From the IMG/VR virus record IMGVR_UViG_3300006925_002811: DNA of 64,000 nt; one strand, given 5' to 3'. Positions 18,570 to 28,081 of this stretch are shown piece by piece (positions within the stretch are counted from its first letter, which is position 1; every line of letters starts with the position of its first letter). Source of the DNA: an uncultured virus (IMG/VR IMGVR_UViG_3300006925_002811) (lineage: Duplodnaviria > Heunggongvirae > Uroviricota > Caudoviricetes). The translations under genes and the position numbers were made by a program. Under the pieces are notes generated by a model. The model made no database searches and was not told where the DNA came from. It saw only the letters and a list, made by a program, of their open reading frames with translations.

Positions 18570-20762
18570 TTAGTTAAAAGTATAGTCCTCTCCTACATAA
18601 TCAATAACTACTGTATGGTTCGCCATGTTCTCAAACAAAATCTTTTTACTTAGTGGCTTCTTAACTTTCTCTTCAAATATACGTTTCAATGGTCTAGCAC
18701 CCATAGTAGGTTCATACCCATCGTCTGCTAGATGCTGTCGTGCTACAGGTGTTAGTGTTAATGTAATTGTACTGTCATTAAGTTTTAGCAGGTCGTTTGT
18801 GTCTTTTACTAGTCTATCTACAATTAACAACATCTGCGGAATGCCTAGTTTATTAAATTGTACTGTAGCATCTAGTCTGTTTCTAAACTCTGGTGTAAAG
18901 AATGCCTTGATTGCTTTTGCAGTATCGCCTTTCCTTACACTATCACCGAATCCTATTTTGTTCTCTTCGGACTTAGCGGCACCTAAGTTAGATGTCATTA
19001 GCAACACTACATTACTAAAGTCAACAACTTTACCATTTGAACCTGTTACTTTACCATCGTCCATTACTTGTAGTAATACTTGTAACACTTCTGGCGCGGC
19101 TTTTTCAACTTCATCAAGTAATAGAACACAATTAGGGTTGTCTTCTACTTCAGCAACTAATTGTCCTTGTCCCATCTTACCTTCACTATGACCTACATAA
19201 CCAGGAGGTGCTCCAATAAGTTTTGCAACACTATGTTTCTCCATGTACTCTGACATATCAAACTTAACTAGTTTTGCTTGTAGTTCTTGTGAAAGTGCTC
19301 TTGCTGTTTCTGTCTTACCTGTACCAGTAGGACCAACAAACAAGAAACTGCCTATGGGCTTGTGGGGTTCACGCAATCCGCTTTTACTAACAAGAATGCT
19401 TTCAACAATCTTGTCAATGGCTTCGTCTTGCCCATAGACAGTTTGCTTGATCCTAGTATCGAGATCAGTGTATGCATTTGAACTTTCTATGTCAATCACA
19501 TCTGCACCTATCTTGCTCTCTTTACTAATAACTTTTACTATGTCTTGCATTGTTACATCTGTTGCATCACGCAACTTAACAGCGGCACCTGCCGCATCAA
19601 CTACATCTAATGCTTTATCAGGAAAGTATTTTGTTTTAACATATCTGTCAACTAGTTCCACACTCTTATCTAGTAACTTTTCTGTGTAAACTACATTGTG
19701 AAACTCTTCGTAATACTTTTGTAAACCTTTTACAATCAGTTTAGTATCTGGTACACTAGTTTCTTCAATATCTATTCTAGCAAACCTACGCATTAATGCT
19801 CTGTCTTTGTCAAATGTATCTGCAAACTCGTCTGGTGTAGTAGCACCTATCGTGAGCATTCTACCTCTTCCCAATACAGGCTTTAATAAATTAGCGGCGT
19901 CTACATTACCTGACCCTGCCGCACCAGCACCCATTATCATATGTATCTCATCAATAAACAAGATAGCATTTGGGTCTGCTTCTAAACAGTTCAGTACACC
20001 TTTAATTCGTTCTTCAAAGTCACCCCTATACTTTGTGCCTGCTAACATGTTACCTAAGTCTAAACTATAAACAACTTTATCTTTTAGAGACTTTGGTACC
20101 TCTTTGTCAACAATCTTCTTAGCAAGTCCTTCTGCAATCGCAGTCTTACCTGTTCCAGGCTCACCTACCATTACACAATTATTTTTCTTACGTCTTGCAA
20201 GAATGTGTATAAGATCACTGACTTCTTCTGATCTACCAATCAGAGGATCTATTTTACTATCCTTTGCTTCTTCGTTTAGGTTAGTAGTAAATTCTTCTAA
20301 TAGTTCTTTGTTCTCTTCAACGACCTGTGTCTTGGTCATTGCTTTCTTTATGCCTTCTGCTGTTAAGCCATTTATTTCACAGTAGTACTTAGCAAAGCAT
20401 TCGTCTTCACTTAGCACACTAATCATTAAGTCAACTGAAGTAAATAACTTTCTGTTGTTAAACATGACCTGTGCTAGTCCACGTTGGAATACTCTTTCAA
20501 TGCTTTTTGTTTTCTTGGGTGTGCCTTTGATTCCGTTTGCACTTACTAACCCAGCATACTCTTGGTCATCTAAATAGTTTTGTATGTCTTTTACAATCAC
20601 AGGAATTTCAACCTGCAGTTGTTCTGCCACATTTTTAATCTGGTCGTCTTCTAATAAACATAACGTCAGGTGTTCTAGTGTAACGTATTCGTGTCCGTTT
20701 GTATTTGCTAAGTCAAGTGCATTACGAATAATGACCTCAACTCCGTTATTATTGTCGCTCAT
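18570..20762 (-). CDS. clpA: ATP-dependent Clp protease ATP-binding subunit ClpA
   Basis: Clp N-domain (HEYVTLEHL), two AAA+ modules (GEPGTGKT, GPTGTGKT), IGF ClpP-docking loop, no ClpB coiled coil. Confidence 0.93.
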   Translation of the reverse strand: MSDNNNGVEVIIRNALDLANTNGHEYVTLEHLTLCLLEDDQIKNVAEQLQVEIPVIVKDIQNYLDDQEYAGLVSANGIKGTPKKTKSIERVFQRGLAQVMFNNRKLFTSVDLMISVLSEDECFAKYYCEINGLTAEGIKKAMTKTQVVEENKELLEEFTTNLNEEAKDSKIDPLIGRSEEVSDLIHILARRKKNNCVMVGEPGTGKTAIAEGLAKKIVDKEVPKSLKDKVVYSLDLGNMLAGTKYRGDFEERIKGVLNCLEADPNAILFIDEIHMIMGAGAAGSGNVDAANLLKPVLGRGRMLTIGATTPDEFADTFDKDRALMRRFARIDIEETSVPDTKLIVKGLQKYYEEFHNVVYTEKLLDKSVELVDRYVKTKYFPDKALDVVDAAGAAVKLRDATDVTMQDIVKVISKESKIGADVIDIESSNAYTDLDTRIKQTVYGQDEAIDKIVESILVSKSGLREPHKPIGSFLFVGPTGTGKTETARALSQELQAKLVKFDMSEYMEKHSVAKLIGAPPGYVGHSEGKMGQGQLVAEVEDNPNCVLLLDEVEKAAPEVLQVLLQVMDDGKVTGSNGKVVDFSNVVLLMTSNLGAAKSEENKIGFGDSVRKGDTAKAIKAFFTPEFRNRLDATVQFNKLGIPQMLLIVDRLVKDTNDLLKLNDSTITLTLTPVARQHLADDGYEPTMGARPLKRIFEEKVKKPLSKKILFENMANHTVVIDYVGEDYTFN

Positions 20763-20769
20763 ATTGTGT

Positions 20770-21570
20770 TTAGATTTCCTTGTTAATAGTATTTAACAGC
20801 TCTATGTGCCTTGGGTCCTTGATATGTGGCACGTCGATGTTTATGATTACATATAAACTCCCGAATACATTGGGAGCACCTGGGTAAGGCATACCTTGAT
20901 TACTTAAACGTAATCTAGAACCTTGTTGTGTACCTGGTGGTACTTTAACACTTAGCGTCTTGCCGCTGATGTGTTTTAAAGTTGTTGTAGTTCCTGTCAT
21001 TGCTTCAATGGCATTAATCATAATATGTTGAAACAAGTCGTTGTCTTGAACTGCCATGTCTGGCGGTACTTGTACATGTACTCTAATAATTAAATCTCCA
21101 GGCGGAAACTGCTGATACGGTTGTCTACCTTGTTGATGTAATCTTATTCTAGTACCTTCTCTAGTACCTGGTGCAATTGATATTATTCTATTTTCATTAT
21201 CTATACCAATATTAAGTTCAGTTCCCTCGTATGCTTGTTGTAATGATATTTGTATGTCGCCAACACTTTCTGGATTACCTTGTCGTTGTCTGCGTTGTTG
21301 CTGTCCAAATATATCGCCAAACATATCTGCAAAAGGACTGTTACCACTGAAAGGATTACCACCACCAAACTGACTTTGCATAGGGTTATCGTACTCGTAT
21401 TTTTTATCAGGGTCGCTTAATGTTTCGTACGCCTTCTGTATATCTTGAAACTTTTTCTTGTCACCACCTTTGTCAGGATGATGCTGTGAAGCAAGTTTGC
21501 GATATGCCTTCTTGATCTCTTCCGGGGTAGTGGTGTGGTTAACACCTAAAGTTTCGTAATAGTCCATCAC
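20770..21570 (-). CDS. DnaJ/CbpA-like co-chaperone (no zinc finger)
   Basis: J-domain with HPD, G/F linker, DnaJ C-terminal domain. Confidence 0.92.
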   Translation of the reverse strand: MMDYYETLGVNHTTTPEEIKKAYRKLASQHHPDKGGDKKKFQDIQKAYETLSDPDKKYEYDNPMQSQFGGGNPFSGNSPFADMFGDIFGQQQRRQRQGNPESVGDIQISLQQAYEGTELNIGIDNENRIISIAPGTREGTRIRLHQQGRQPYQQFPPGDLIIRVHVQVPPDMAVQDNDLFQHIMINAIEAMTGTTTTLKHISGKTLSVKVPPGTQQGSRLRLSNQGMPYPGAPNVFGSLYVIINIDVPHIKDPRHIELLNTINKEI

Positions 21571-21573
21571 AAC

Positions 21574-21601
21574 ATTATAGCATAAAAATACTATGTGTCA
21601 A
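21574..21601 (-). promoter_or_regulatory. sigma70-type promoter for dnaJ-clpA
   Basis: TTGACA-N16-TATAAT. Confidence 0.75.
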
Positions 21602-21609
21602 GGACTTTG

Positions 21610-21867
21610 TTAAGATTGTTCTGCTATGGCGTCTTCGACAATTTTAATTAGGTCACCAACTAGCATAACCTTAGCAAGTTCTTCTTCCATTATGTTGATA
21701 TCATAGTGTTCTTCTATGTCGATCACAATTTCAATGACATCTAAACTGTCGCCATCTAGTTCCATAATAATATTAGTTTCAGGAGCGATAACTTCGCTCT
21801 CGTCTACTCGTAAAGATTCTCTAATGAATCCAATTACACTTTCTGCTACATCAGTCATCGTTTCCAC
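21610..21867 (-). CDS. acpP: Acyl carrier protein
   Basis: Acidic 85 aa with LDGDSLDVIEIV phosphopantetheine Ser motif. Confidence 0.9.
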   Translation of the reverse strand: METMTDVAESVIGFIRESLRVDESEVIAPETNIIMELDGDSLDVIEIVIDIEEHYDINIMEEELAKVMLVGDLIKIVEDAIAEQS

Positions 21868-22453
21868 CTATTATTGATTGTAATAAACTTGGTCTGTTTT
21901 GTGTTGGTTCCTGTTCAGTAACCACTGCTTCAACTTCTTTTTCTAGTTCTGGATTGTTACCAGTAACGTCTAACCAGTATTGATGTTGTATGTTTGCACT
22001 CTTAATCCATCTCACAAGGTCTTGATTATTTTGTGTGAGGATCTTGTAGTCTGATATGGTTAAAGCAACATAAACTAAGTCACCCTTATTCATATCTCTA
22101 ATAACTTCTTCGAACTGGTCTTTCTTTGAATATCCTTCAGGCCAATCAGGATATTCTCTGTCGGCTCTATCACATGCTTTAGGTCTTGTGGTTTGTTGCG
22201 TACCGTCGTCCTTCATTACAGGGTTACCATCTGCATCAACCTTTGGTATTTGGTTGCATCGGTTAACTAGTTTTGCTTCTGATACCACGTACCATTTAAC
22301 ATCATTAAGTTCAACTGGGCGAATTGGTGCTGGAGGTGTTATTTGTCGTTCAATTGGTCTTGATTGGATTTCAAGTGATTGGGTAGGTATTAATGAACAA
22401 CCGCTAGTTACTGCTATCAGTAGACTTGCTAGTACTATCTCTCGTAGTCTCAT
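21851..22453 (-). CDS. Outer-membrane lipoprotein, putative o-spanin
   Basis: Lipobox TSGC, Pro-rich segment, overlaps 3' end of the i-spanin-like gene. Confidence 0.7.
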   Translation of the reverse strand: MRLREIVLASLLIAVTSGCSLIPTQSLEIQSRPIERQITPPAPIRPVELNDVKWYVVSEAKLVNRCNQIPKVDADGNPVMKDDGTQQTTRPKACDRADREYPDWPEGYSKKDQFEEVIRDMNKGDLVYVALTISDYKILTQNNQDLVRWIKSANIQHQYWLDVTGNNPELEKEVEAVVTEQEPTQNRPSLLQSIIGGNDD

Positions 22454-22787
22454 CTTCTATCCCCTTAAATAAATCTTGTGTGCCTTTGTTGAATCTATTC
22501 TCCATTAAGCCTGGCTTAACTGTAGCAAGTTTTTCAAAGTTATGTCTACTTAATATACCTAAGTATCTAGACTTCTCAGACTCTGCGGCATTTAGACTTG
22601 CTTGTAAGTTACTGTTTGCCATAGATGTTCTTTCAAAATCTGCTTTCATCACAGCCATAGCGGCTTTTTGTTCTTCGACAGCATAAACAAGTTTTGCATT
22701 GTTTTCTTTCAATGTAACATTCTCAGAGTAAAGGTAGTAACCACCTAGTCCGAGTATTAAAATTATGCCTATAAAGATTTGATTCAT
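22404..22787 (-). CDS. Putative i-spanin
   Basis: N-terminal TM helix then coiled coil; overlapped by lipoprotein gene. Confidence 0.72.
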   Translation of the reverse strand: MNQIFIGIILILGLGGYYLYSENVTLKENNAKLVYAVEEQKAAMAVMKADFERTSMANSNLQASLNAAESEKSRYLGILSRHNFEKLATVKPGLMENRFNKGTQDLFKGIEDETTRDSTSKSTDSSN

Positions 22788-23551
22788 ATTTGTTTAGTTA
22801 CCAATACATTAGTCTGGTTTGGATGAAATATAACGATGTACTCGTTTATTGGGATAGCTCTCATCTCTCCTAACATACTGTTAAACTGTTTGAGTGTACT
22901 GTCCATGTCGCCGATTGCACTTTCGTTTATTCCAATCTCCGCCATTATGTCTTTTGCTTCTCCGAAACCAACTACTTGTAGTTTTGCTTCGTTAAACTTG
23001 TCTTCAACTTCTAATGTGTTATTATTTATACTCGCATTGAGTAAATTACTACTTTTTAAGAACTCTAATATATTCTGATTCGCCGTTTCTACACTATCTT
23101 CTATAGCCTGTGCTTCTGCCTGCTTGTCTTCCCAGTCTGATTTGGTCATATAATTCTCTGGTTCTTGTATAATAAATTTTGTAATGCCTTCATCAAATAG
23201 TGGATGAAAGTCATCTGTTAAATGGGTCTTACCAACCCAAGCCATTGTACCTGAAAGGTTTTCTACGTCCTTTACAATGTTTCTAATGTTTTCTGTTACA
23301 CCGTCGTTTCTATCCATTTCAACAAATACCATATAGTAGTTGTCTGGATTAGGGTTAGGTGATACCTCAACATCTCTCATTTCATAGATGCTGTTGTTTA
23401 AAAAGTTATATAAGTCGTTGCCTTGTGATGCTTCCTTACATGAAAAGCCTAGTACTAATACATCAGCGGAATCACCTGTCTTAGGTTCGTACTCGTCAAT
23501 GCTTAATTTTTTAAGTATTGTATCTTTTAAATCGCCTTCTTTTAGTCCCAT
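22784..23551 (-). CDS. Conserved jumbo-phage hypothetical protein
   Basis: LKEGDL...SIDEYEPKTG motif recalled from Rak2/GAP32-like phages. Confidence 0.7.
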   Translation of the reverse strand: MGLKEGDLKDTILKKLSIDEYEPKTGDSADVLVLGFSCKEASQGNDLYNFLNNSIYEMRDVEVSPNPNPDNYYMVFVEMDRNDGVTENIRNIVKDVENLSGTMAWVGKTHLTDDFHPLFDEGITKFIIQEPENYMTKSDWEDKQAEAQAIEDSVETANQNILEFLKSSNLLNASINNNTLEVEDKFNEAKLQVVGFGEAKDIMAEIGINESAIGDMDSTLKQFNSMLGEMRAIPINEYIVIFHPNQTNVLVTKQI

Positions 23552-24102
23552 TACATAGCACCCATACTTGGATCAGACACACCTTGATTAACTTGGGCAT
23601 CTGCTTGGATTTCGTTTTCAGTGTTTAAACTTTCTGTGTCAATGTAAGAGTCTTCAGCCGCTTGTACAACTTCTTTGTCAAACTCATCAACATATCTACG
23701 TGGCATTTTAACTTCTACTACCCAGACGTTTTCTCTTTGCGTTTTTGCTTTACGTCTAGTGCTACCATCATCTAAAGTTTCAATATCAAGATCATCAAAA
23801 GTTTTAACTTTTCTAGGACTTAGTAGTACATCTTTTTTAAACTTGACCATACAGTCTCTTGCCATAAGTCTTTTGGCACCATATGGATCAGGCATATCAG
23901 ATTCTTTGTACATTAATTTTACTGTAGCAAAGTGTCTGTCTAAATGAGGACCTTCTAGTACTTCGCCTTTCTCCCAATTCTTATACGCATACAGATCTAT
24001 ATCCTCTAGAACTTTTTCAAACTCTAGTAGCATATCTAATAAAGTATTAGTATCGGATACTTTCTTAATCTGGTCGTTAAGTAATTGTACTGATATTGTC
24101 AT
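23551..24102 (-). CDS. Conserved jumbo-phage hypothetical protein
   Basis: LLEFEKVL...YKNW..GEVLEGP...MPDP.GAKRL; late motif 24124-24131. Confidence 0.72.
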   Translation of the reverse strand: MTISVQLLNDQIKKVSDTNTLLDMLLEFEKVLEDIDLYAYKNWEKGEVLEGPHLDRHFATVKLMYKESDMPDPYGAKRLMARDCMVKFKKDVLLSPRKVKTFDDLDIETLDDGSTRRKAKTQRENVWVVEVKMPRRYVDEFDKEVVQAAEDSYIDTESLNTENEIQADAQVNQGVSDPSMGAM

Positions 24103-24136
24103 AACATAAACTCCTGTTACAACTATTTATCATTTA

Positions 24137-24664
24137 TTACTCTGCAGGCAAATATGTTTCGAAGTGCTTGTCTAATGTATATGTAGAATCAAGTACTGTA
24201 CCATTCACTGTGGTAACATCGTTGCTAAAACACGACGTATAACGCTCTAAGAAGTGGTATGGACACGGTGTAGTAGACTTATATCCGTTATCATTTAGTA
24301 AATTATCGAGGCTTTTAGGCAACATACACAGAGGCATATGACATGCTTGGAACACATTTATTTGTTCTGCTATAAGTAAATCAATAATACAATTAGCAGG
24401 CACTACATGTTCTAGTACCATTTTCTCATCTTCTATCTCACTTCTTACTTTGTAGTGAGGATCAAGTGTTTTGTGATACTCTCTTAAAGTGCTATCCATT
24501 TTCCATCTCAGCAATGACAAACGTACCTCATTGTTCTCAGTTCTCCAAAAGTCTTCCAAGTGTCTTTGGATTTCTTCCTCATAGAACTCTTGCTTTTGAG
24601 GTATACCGCCCTGCTTTACAGCAGAGCGGATTGTCCAACTATTGTAACCTTCTAAATGCTTCAT
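24137..24664 (-). CDS. HNH/DUF1524-like nuclease-domain protein
   Basis: LEHVVP followed by PLCMLPKSLDNLLN. Confidence 0.5.
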   Translation of the reverse strand: MKHLEGYNSWTIRSAVKQGGIPQKQEFYEEEIQRHLEDFWRTENNEVRLSLLRWKMDSTLREYHKTLDPHYKVRSEIEDEKMVLEHVVPANCIIDLLIAEQINVFQACHMPLCMLPKSLDNLLNDNGYKSTTPCPYHFLERYTSCFSNDVTTVNGTVLDSTYTLDKHFETYLPAE

Positions 24665-25743
24665 GATACAAATTGTATTGATGGTAATGGATTGCTACTT
24701 AGTAACATACTAGCACCAGCACCTTCAGTTGGCAAGTTAAGTTCTGTACCACCATTCATTTCATACAGTTCTTTTAACATATTAGCCATACACTTAGGAG
24801 CAGTCCATGTTGCACCTGGTGATATATGCTGTTGTTGTTTCTTTGTAGTAGAGTGTAATACTGCTGACTCATCAAAACTCATTCTAGCATACTTCAATAC
24901 TTCATCCATCCATTCCGGATTTGCTTTATCAAGAACAGGTCTGTTTATTCTATCAAGCCTAGCAAGTTCTACTAATCCTATAAACACACCTTGGTCAATC
25001 TCTTTATCCAATGGATACATTTTCTTAATTGCTTTTAGCACGTTGTGAACAACACCACCTGTTTTATCAACAGCAAGTCCTTTGTAAGCATAGGCAAAGT
25101 GAGACATAAAGTATAAGTTACTGCCTTTGTACTTCTCGCTCTTTCTTTGTGCTTTGTCTTGCAAGTCGATATCGTTTGCTTCGAACTGATCTTCTAGTGT
25201 TCTAGCATCTCTATTGTCCTGCTCCTGATTGCCTAGTTTGAATCTAGTTAATCTATTTTTGTGCAAGTCACCTGGTGTAAGTTTTGCTACAGCAGAATGA
25301 TTTAACTGCTCAAATGCATAACTAGGATATGCTGGATCATCTGTAGTAACAACAAGTATTGGTACTTCTGTGTATCCTAATAGACAAGCGGCAATAGATC
25401 TCTGTTGCCCATCGTATATTAATATCTCATCTGGATCATACCCTCTGTCCTCATTGTCTATAATCCTAGCCGCCTGTGCTGGATTGTGCAACCTTGGGTC
25501 ATACTTTGCCATAATGGTTTTATGTATGTGTTTGGGTATTGCTAACCTCTGGACTTCATAATCAAGCCACAAGTTATCTAGTGGGAGAAAAGAAGTTCCC
25601 TCAGGATAATCAAATCCTATCCTGTCTGCGTTCTCTCTCATTTTGTCTATTTGCTCTTGGGTAACACCCTGAGAAAATAGTTCGTTTTTGACTGCTTCGG
25701 CTACTTTAACCAAAGACTCTTTTTTATATATGGTTGAATCCAT
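24661..25743 (-). CDS. ParB/Srx-like DGQHR-family protein
   Basis: EVQR and IYDGQQR motifs, FEQLN. Confidence 0.7.
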   Translation of the reverse strand: MDSTIYKKESLVKVAEAVKNELFSQGVTQEQIDKMRENADRIGFDYPEGTSFLPLDNLWLDYEVQRLAIPKHIHKTIMAKYDPRLHNPAQAARIIDNEDRGYDPDEILIYDGQQRSIAACLLGYTEVPILVVTTDDPAYPSYAFEQLNHSAVAKLTPGDLHKNRLTRFKLGNQEQDNRDARTLEDQFEANDIDLQDKAQRKSEKYKGSNLYFMSHFAYAYKGLAVDKTGGVVHNVLKAIKKMYPLDKEIDQGVFIGLVELARLDRINRPVLDKANPEWMDEVLKYARMSFDESAVLHSTTKKQQQHISPGATWTAPKCMANMLKELYEMNGGTELNLPTEGAGASMLLSSNPLPSIQFVS

Positions 25744-25821
25744 TTGTATCTCCTTTAAAAGTTTACTATTAACCTCCTCATAGACACTATGCTATTCGGT
25801 AGGCGGTACAACTATACTAAA

Positions 25822-25971
25822 CTAGAATGCTATTCCAGTCTCATTTAGTATCTTTATTATAATAAGAATTCCTAATACTACAAGGGTAAATTTTGGTCCA
25901 CCTGCATCGAGCATTTGTATAAAAAAATACATGCCTCCGATGAGGAAGAGTACAAATATAAATCCTAGCAT
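25822..25971 (-). CDS. Small two-TM membrane protein (49 aa)
   Basis: Manual ORF MLGFIFVLFLIGGMYFF...KILNETGIAF with AGGAG RBS after promoter 25997-26025. Confidence 0.65.
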   Translation of the reverse strand: MLGFIFVLFLIGGMYFFIQMLDAGGPKFTLVVLGILIIIKILNETGIAF

Positions 25972-25996
25972 ATAGTTCTCCTTCTTATTAACTACT

Positions 25997-26025
25997 ATTA
26001 TAACCTAAAACCCACGTTAAGTCAA
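25997..26025 (-). promoter_or_regulatory. sigma70-type promoter
   Basis: TTGACT-N17-TATAAT. Confidence 0.75.
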
Positions 26026-26051
26026 CCGTTTTTCCACTAAATAATAGTACT

Positions 26052-26315
26052 ATGAAAAATAGACGCCGCAGTAGGTACATATCAACTGCTAAAACGATAA
26101 CATGGCGAGTTGTTGCTTCATTAGACACATTCTTACTAAGTTGGTTGGTTTCAGGTAGTGCAACTATAGGTATGAGTATTGCGTCATTAGAAGTATTAAC
26201 AAAGATGTTCCTCTACTATTTCCATGAGCGCCAATGGGAAAAACCACGTGTCCTTAGTTTTGTTGAGATAAACGGCAAACGTTTAGAAAAGTTCTTCAAA
26301 AAAAAGAGGACCTAA
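26052..26315 (+). CDS. DUF2061-family membrane protein
   Basis: KTITWRVVASLDT...KMFLYYFHERQW. Confidence 0.85.
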   Translation: MKNRRRSRYISTAKTITWRVVASLDTFLLSWLVSGSATIGMSIASLEVLTKMFLYYFHERQWEKPRVLSFVEINGKRLEKFFKKKRT

Positions 26316-26341
26316 GCCCTCTTTTTACACTAAGATAAAAC

Positions 26342-26986
26342 TTAGAATATTTCTCTTGAATAGCTCAAGAAAAACGTATCCTCATCTTCTAGCATTGAGT
26401 TATCGTCTGCTAAGAATTCTGAGTAGCCAAGTTCTACTTCGCCACCTAACAATTTCACAGACTTACTAATTTTCCAATTAGAGCCTACGTCATCTATGAA
26501 TCCATAACTAACATCAGCAACTTTGAACATGCTTAGACCTACTTCAGTATAGTCCAAAGCATCGTCCATGCCTACAAAGTGATGGATCTTGACTTTATCA
26601 TCAAATAAGCCTAAGCCTATTCGAACTTCTTCAAAGTCTAATGAACTATCGCCTCTGTAACCGTAGTCAATGTATGTGAGGTCAACTGAAACACCACTTA
26701 TGGATGTTCCGTAACCTGCATACCAGTCTAACTCTTCTGTTGCATCACTACCGTCAAACTCAACTTGGCCTACCCATGCTCCTGCATAAGCACCTAAGTC
26801 AGTATCTAAATGCAAATTAAAATTAGCACTCGGTCCCTGTGATTGATTGATACCTCTCCAGACATAGTCGCTCTGCAATCCTGCAGTACCCGATACATCT
26901 GCCGCCCTGGCGTTATTTGCTAATAGAGCCAAGAGGATTATTCCCCCAGCAATCAGCAAATTTTTCTTTGTTAAATAATCTTTCAT
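26342..26986 (-). CDS. TorF-family (TIGR02001-like) outer-membrane porin
   Basis: Signal peptide, SDYVWRGINQS, ELDWYAGY, C-terminal Phe. Confidence 0.85.
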   Translation of the reverse strand: MKDYLTKKNLLIAGGIILLALLANNARAADVSGTAGLQSDYVWRGINQSQGPSANFNLHLDTDLGAYAGAWVGQVEFDGSDATEELDWYAGYGTSISGVSVDLTYIDYGYRGDSSLDFEEVRIGLGLFDDKVKIHHFVGMDDALDYTEVGLSMFKVADVSYGFIDDVGSNWKISKSVKLLGGEVELGYSEFLADDNSMLEDEDTFFLSYSREIF

Positions 26987-27328
26987 TTAACTAACTCCTT
27001 TTTACGTCACCACTAGTACACAGAATGCGGAATTGCATCTGTATGTGATAACTTTGTTTCTTATGTATTATTTGTGTGTCAACCATTACAATCAGAAAAT
27101 ACACAGTTAATACATAATAACTGCGATATTTATACAGATTGTAACATTATTTAATGACTTTTATGGTCTGAATAATAATGAGTGTTTTAGATCTGTGTGC
27201 GGAGGTAAATATTATTACATGATTAACAACCATTCAAAAAGTTGTAGAAACACAAACATTAACCTTAAGACGAGTTACGGCACTATGCCCTGCTCGTTTT
27301 TTTATGGCGACTATATCGGGAGAGTAAC

Positions 27329-28081
27329 ATGTCCAGAAGAGCTAGAAAGAAAAACTGTAACAAATACAGAAAAAATAAACAACAAGGAGACCATTTGAGA
27401 GTAATACAAGGCGGTGCACCATTAGAGAGAATCCGCAATAAATCAGTCACAATCACACCAAGAAACTTCCATCAAGACGACCTCATAGGACTACTGGAAG
27501 ACAAAAACATTAATATAGTTTTTGCAGTAGGACCAGCAGGCACAGGCAAAACCATTATATCAACACTACAAGGAATCAAAGCACTCAAGACGGGTGGCTG
27601 TGATAAATTTGTAGTGACGAGACCAGCAGTCTCAGTTGACGAACAACATGGATTTTTACCAGGAACATTACAAGAGAAGATGGCGCCATGGACGCGACCT
27701 ATCTTTGATGTCTTTGAGGAATACTATACACCAGATCAAATCGAATACATGCTAGGCGATAACAAAGTAGAGATAGCACCATTGGCATATATGAGAGGTA
27801 GAACATTTAAGAACTCTTATATTATTGCAGATGAAATGCAGAATGCTACAGATAGCCAAATGAAAATGCTACTAACTAGAATAGGAGATAATAGTAAATT
27901 GGTAGTAACAGGTGACTTAGCTCAACATGATAGAGGATTTGAATCCAATGGTCTTAAAATGTTTATTGAACGTTTGTTATCGAGGCAATCCGATAGAATC
28001 AAATTAGTAAACTTTGATAATGGGGATATCGAAAGACACCCTGTTGTTGATGAAGTCTTAAGGATTTACGACTCAGTTTAG
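27329..28081 (+). CDS. phoH: PhoH-family ATPase
   Basis: GPAGTGKT, GFLPG, YMRGRTF, DEMQN, GDLAQHD, RHPVV. Confidence 0.95.
   Translation: MSRRARKKNCNKYRKNKQQGDHLRVIQGGAPLERIRNKSVTITPRNFHQDDLIGLLEDKNINIVFAVGPAGTGKTIISTLQGIKALKTGGCDKFVVTRPAVSVDEQHGFLPGTLQEKMAPWTRPIFDVFEEYYTPDQIEYMLGDNKVEIAPLAYMRGRTFKNSYIIADEMQNATDSQMKMLLTRIGDNSKLVVTGDLAQHDRGFESNGLKMFIERLLSRQSDRIKLVNFDNGDIERHPVVDEVLRIYDSV

Noticed and set aside
27100..27328. Pho box upstream of phoH
   Set aside because: Only a single TGTAAC half-site; no 11-bp-spaced partner
27195..27398. 67-aa ORF overlapping the phoH start
   Set aside because: No RBS, spans a terminator-like hairpin and overlaps phoH out of frame
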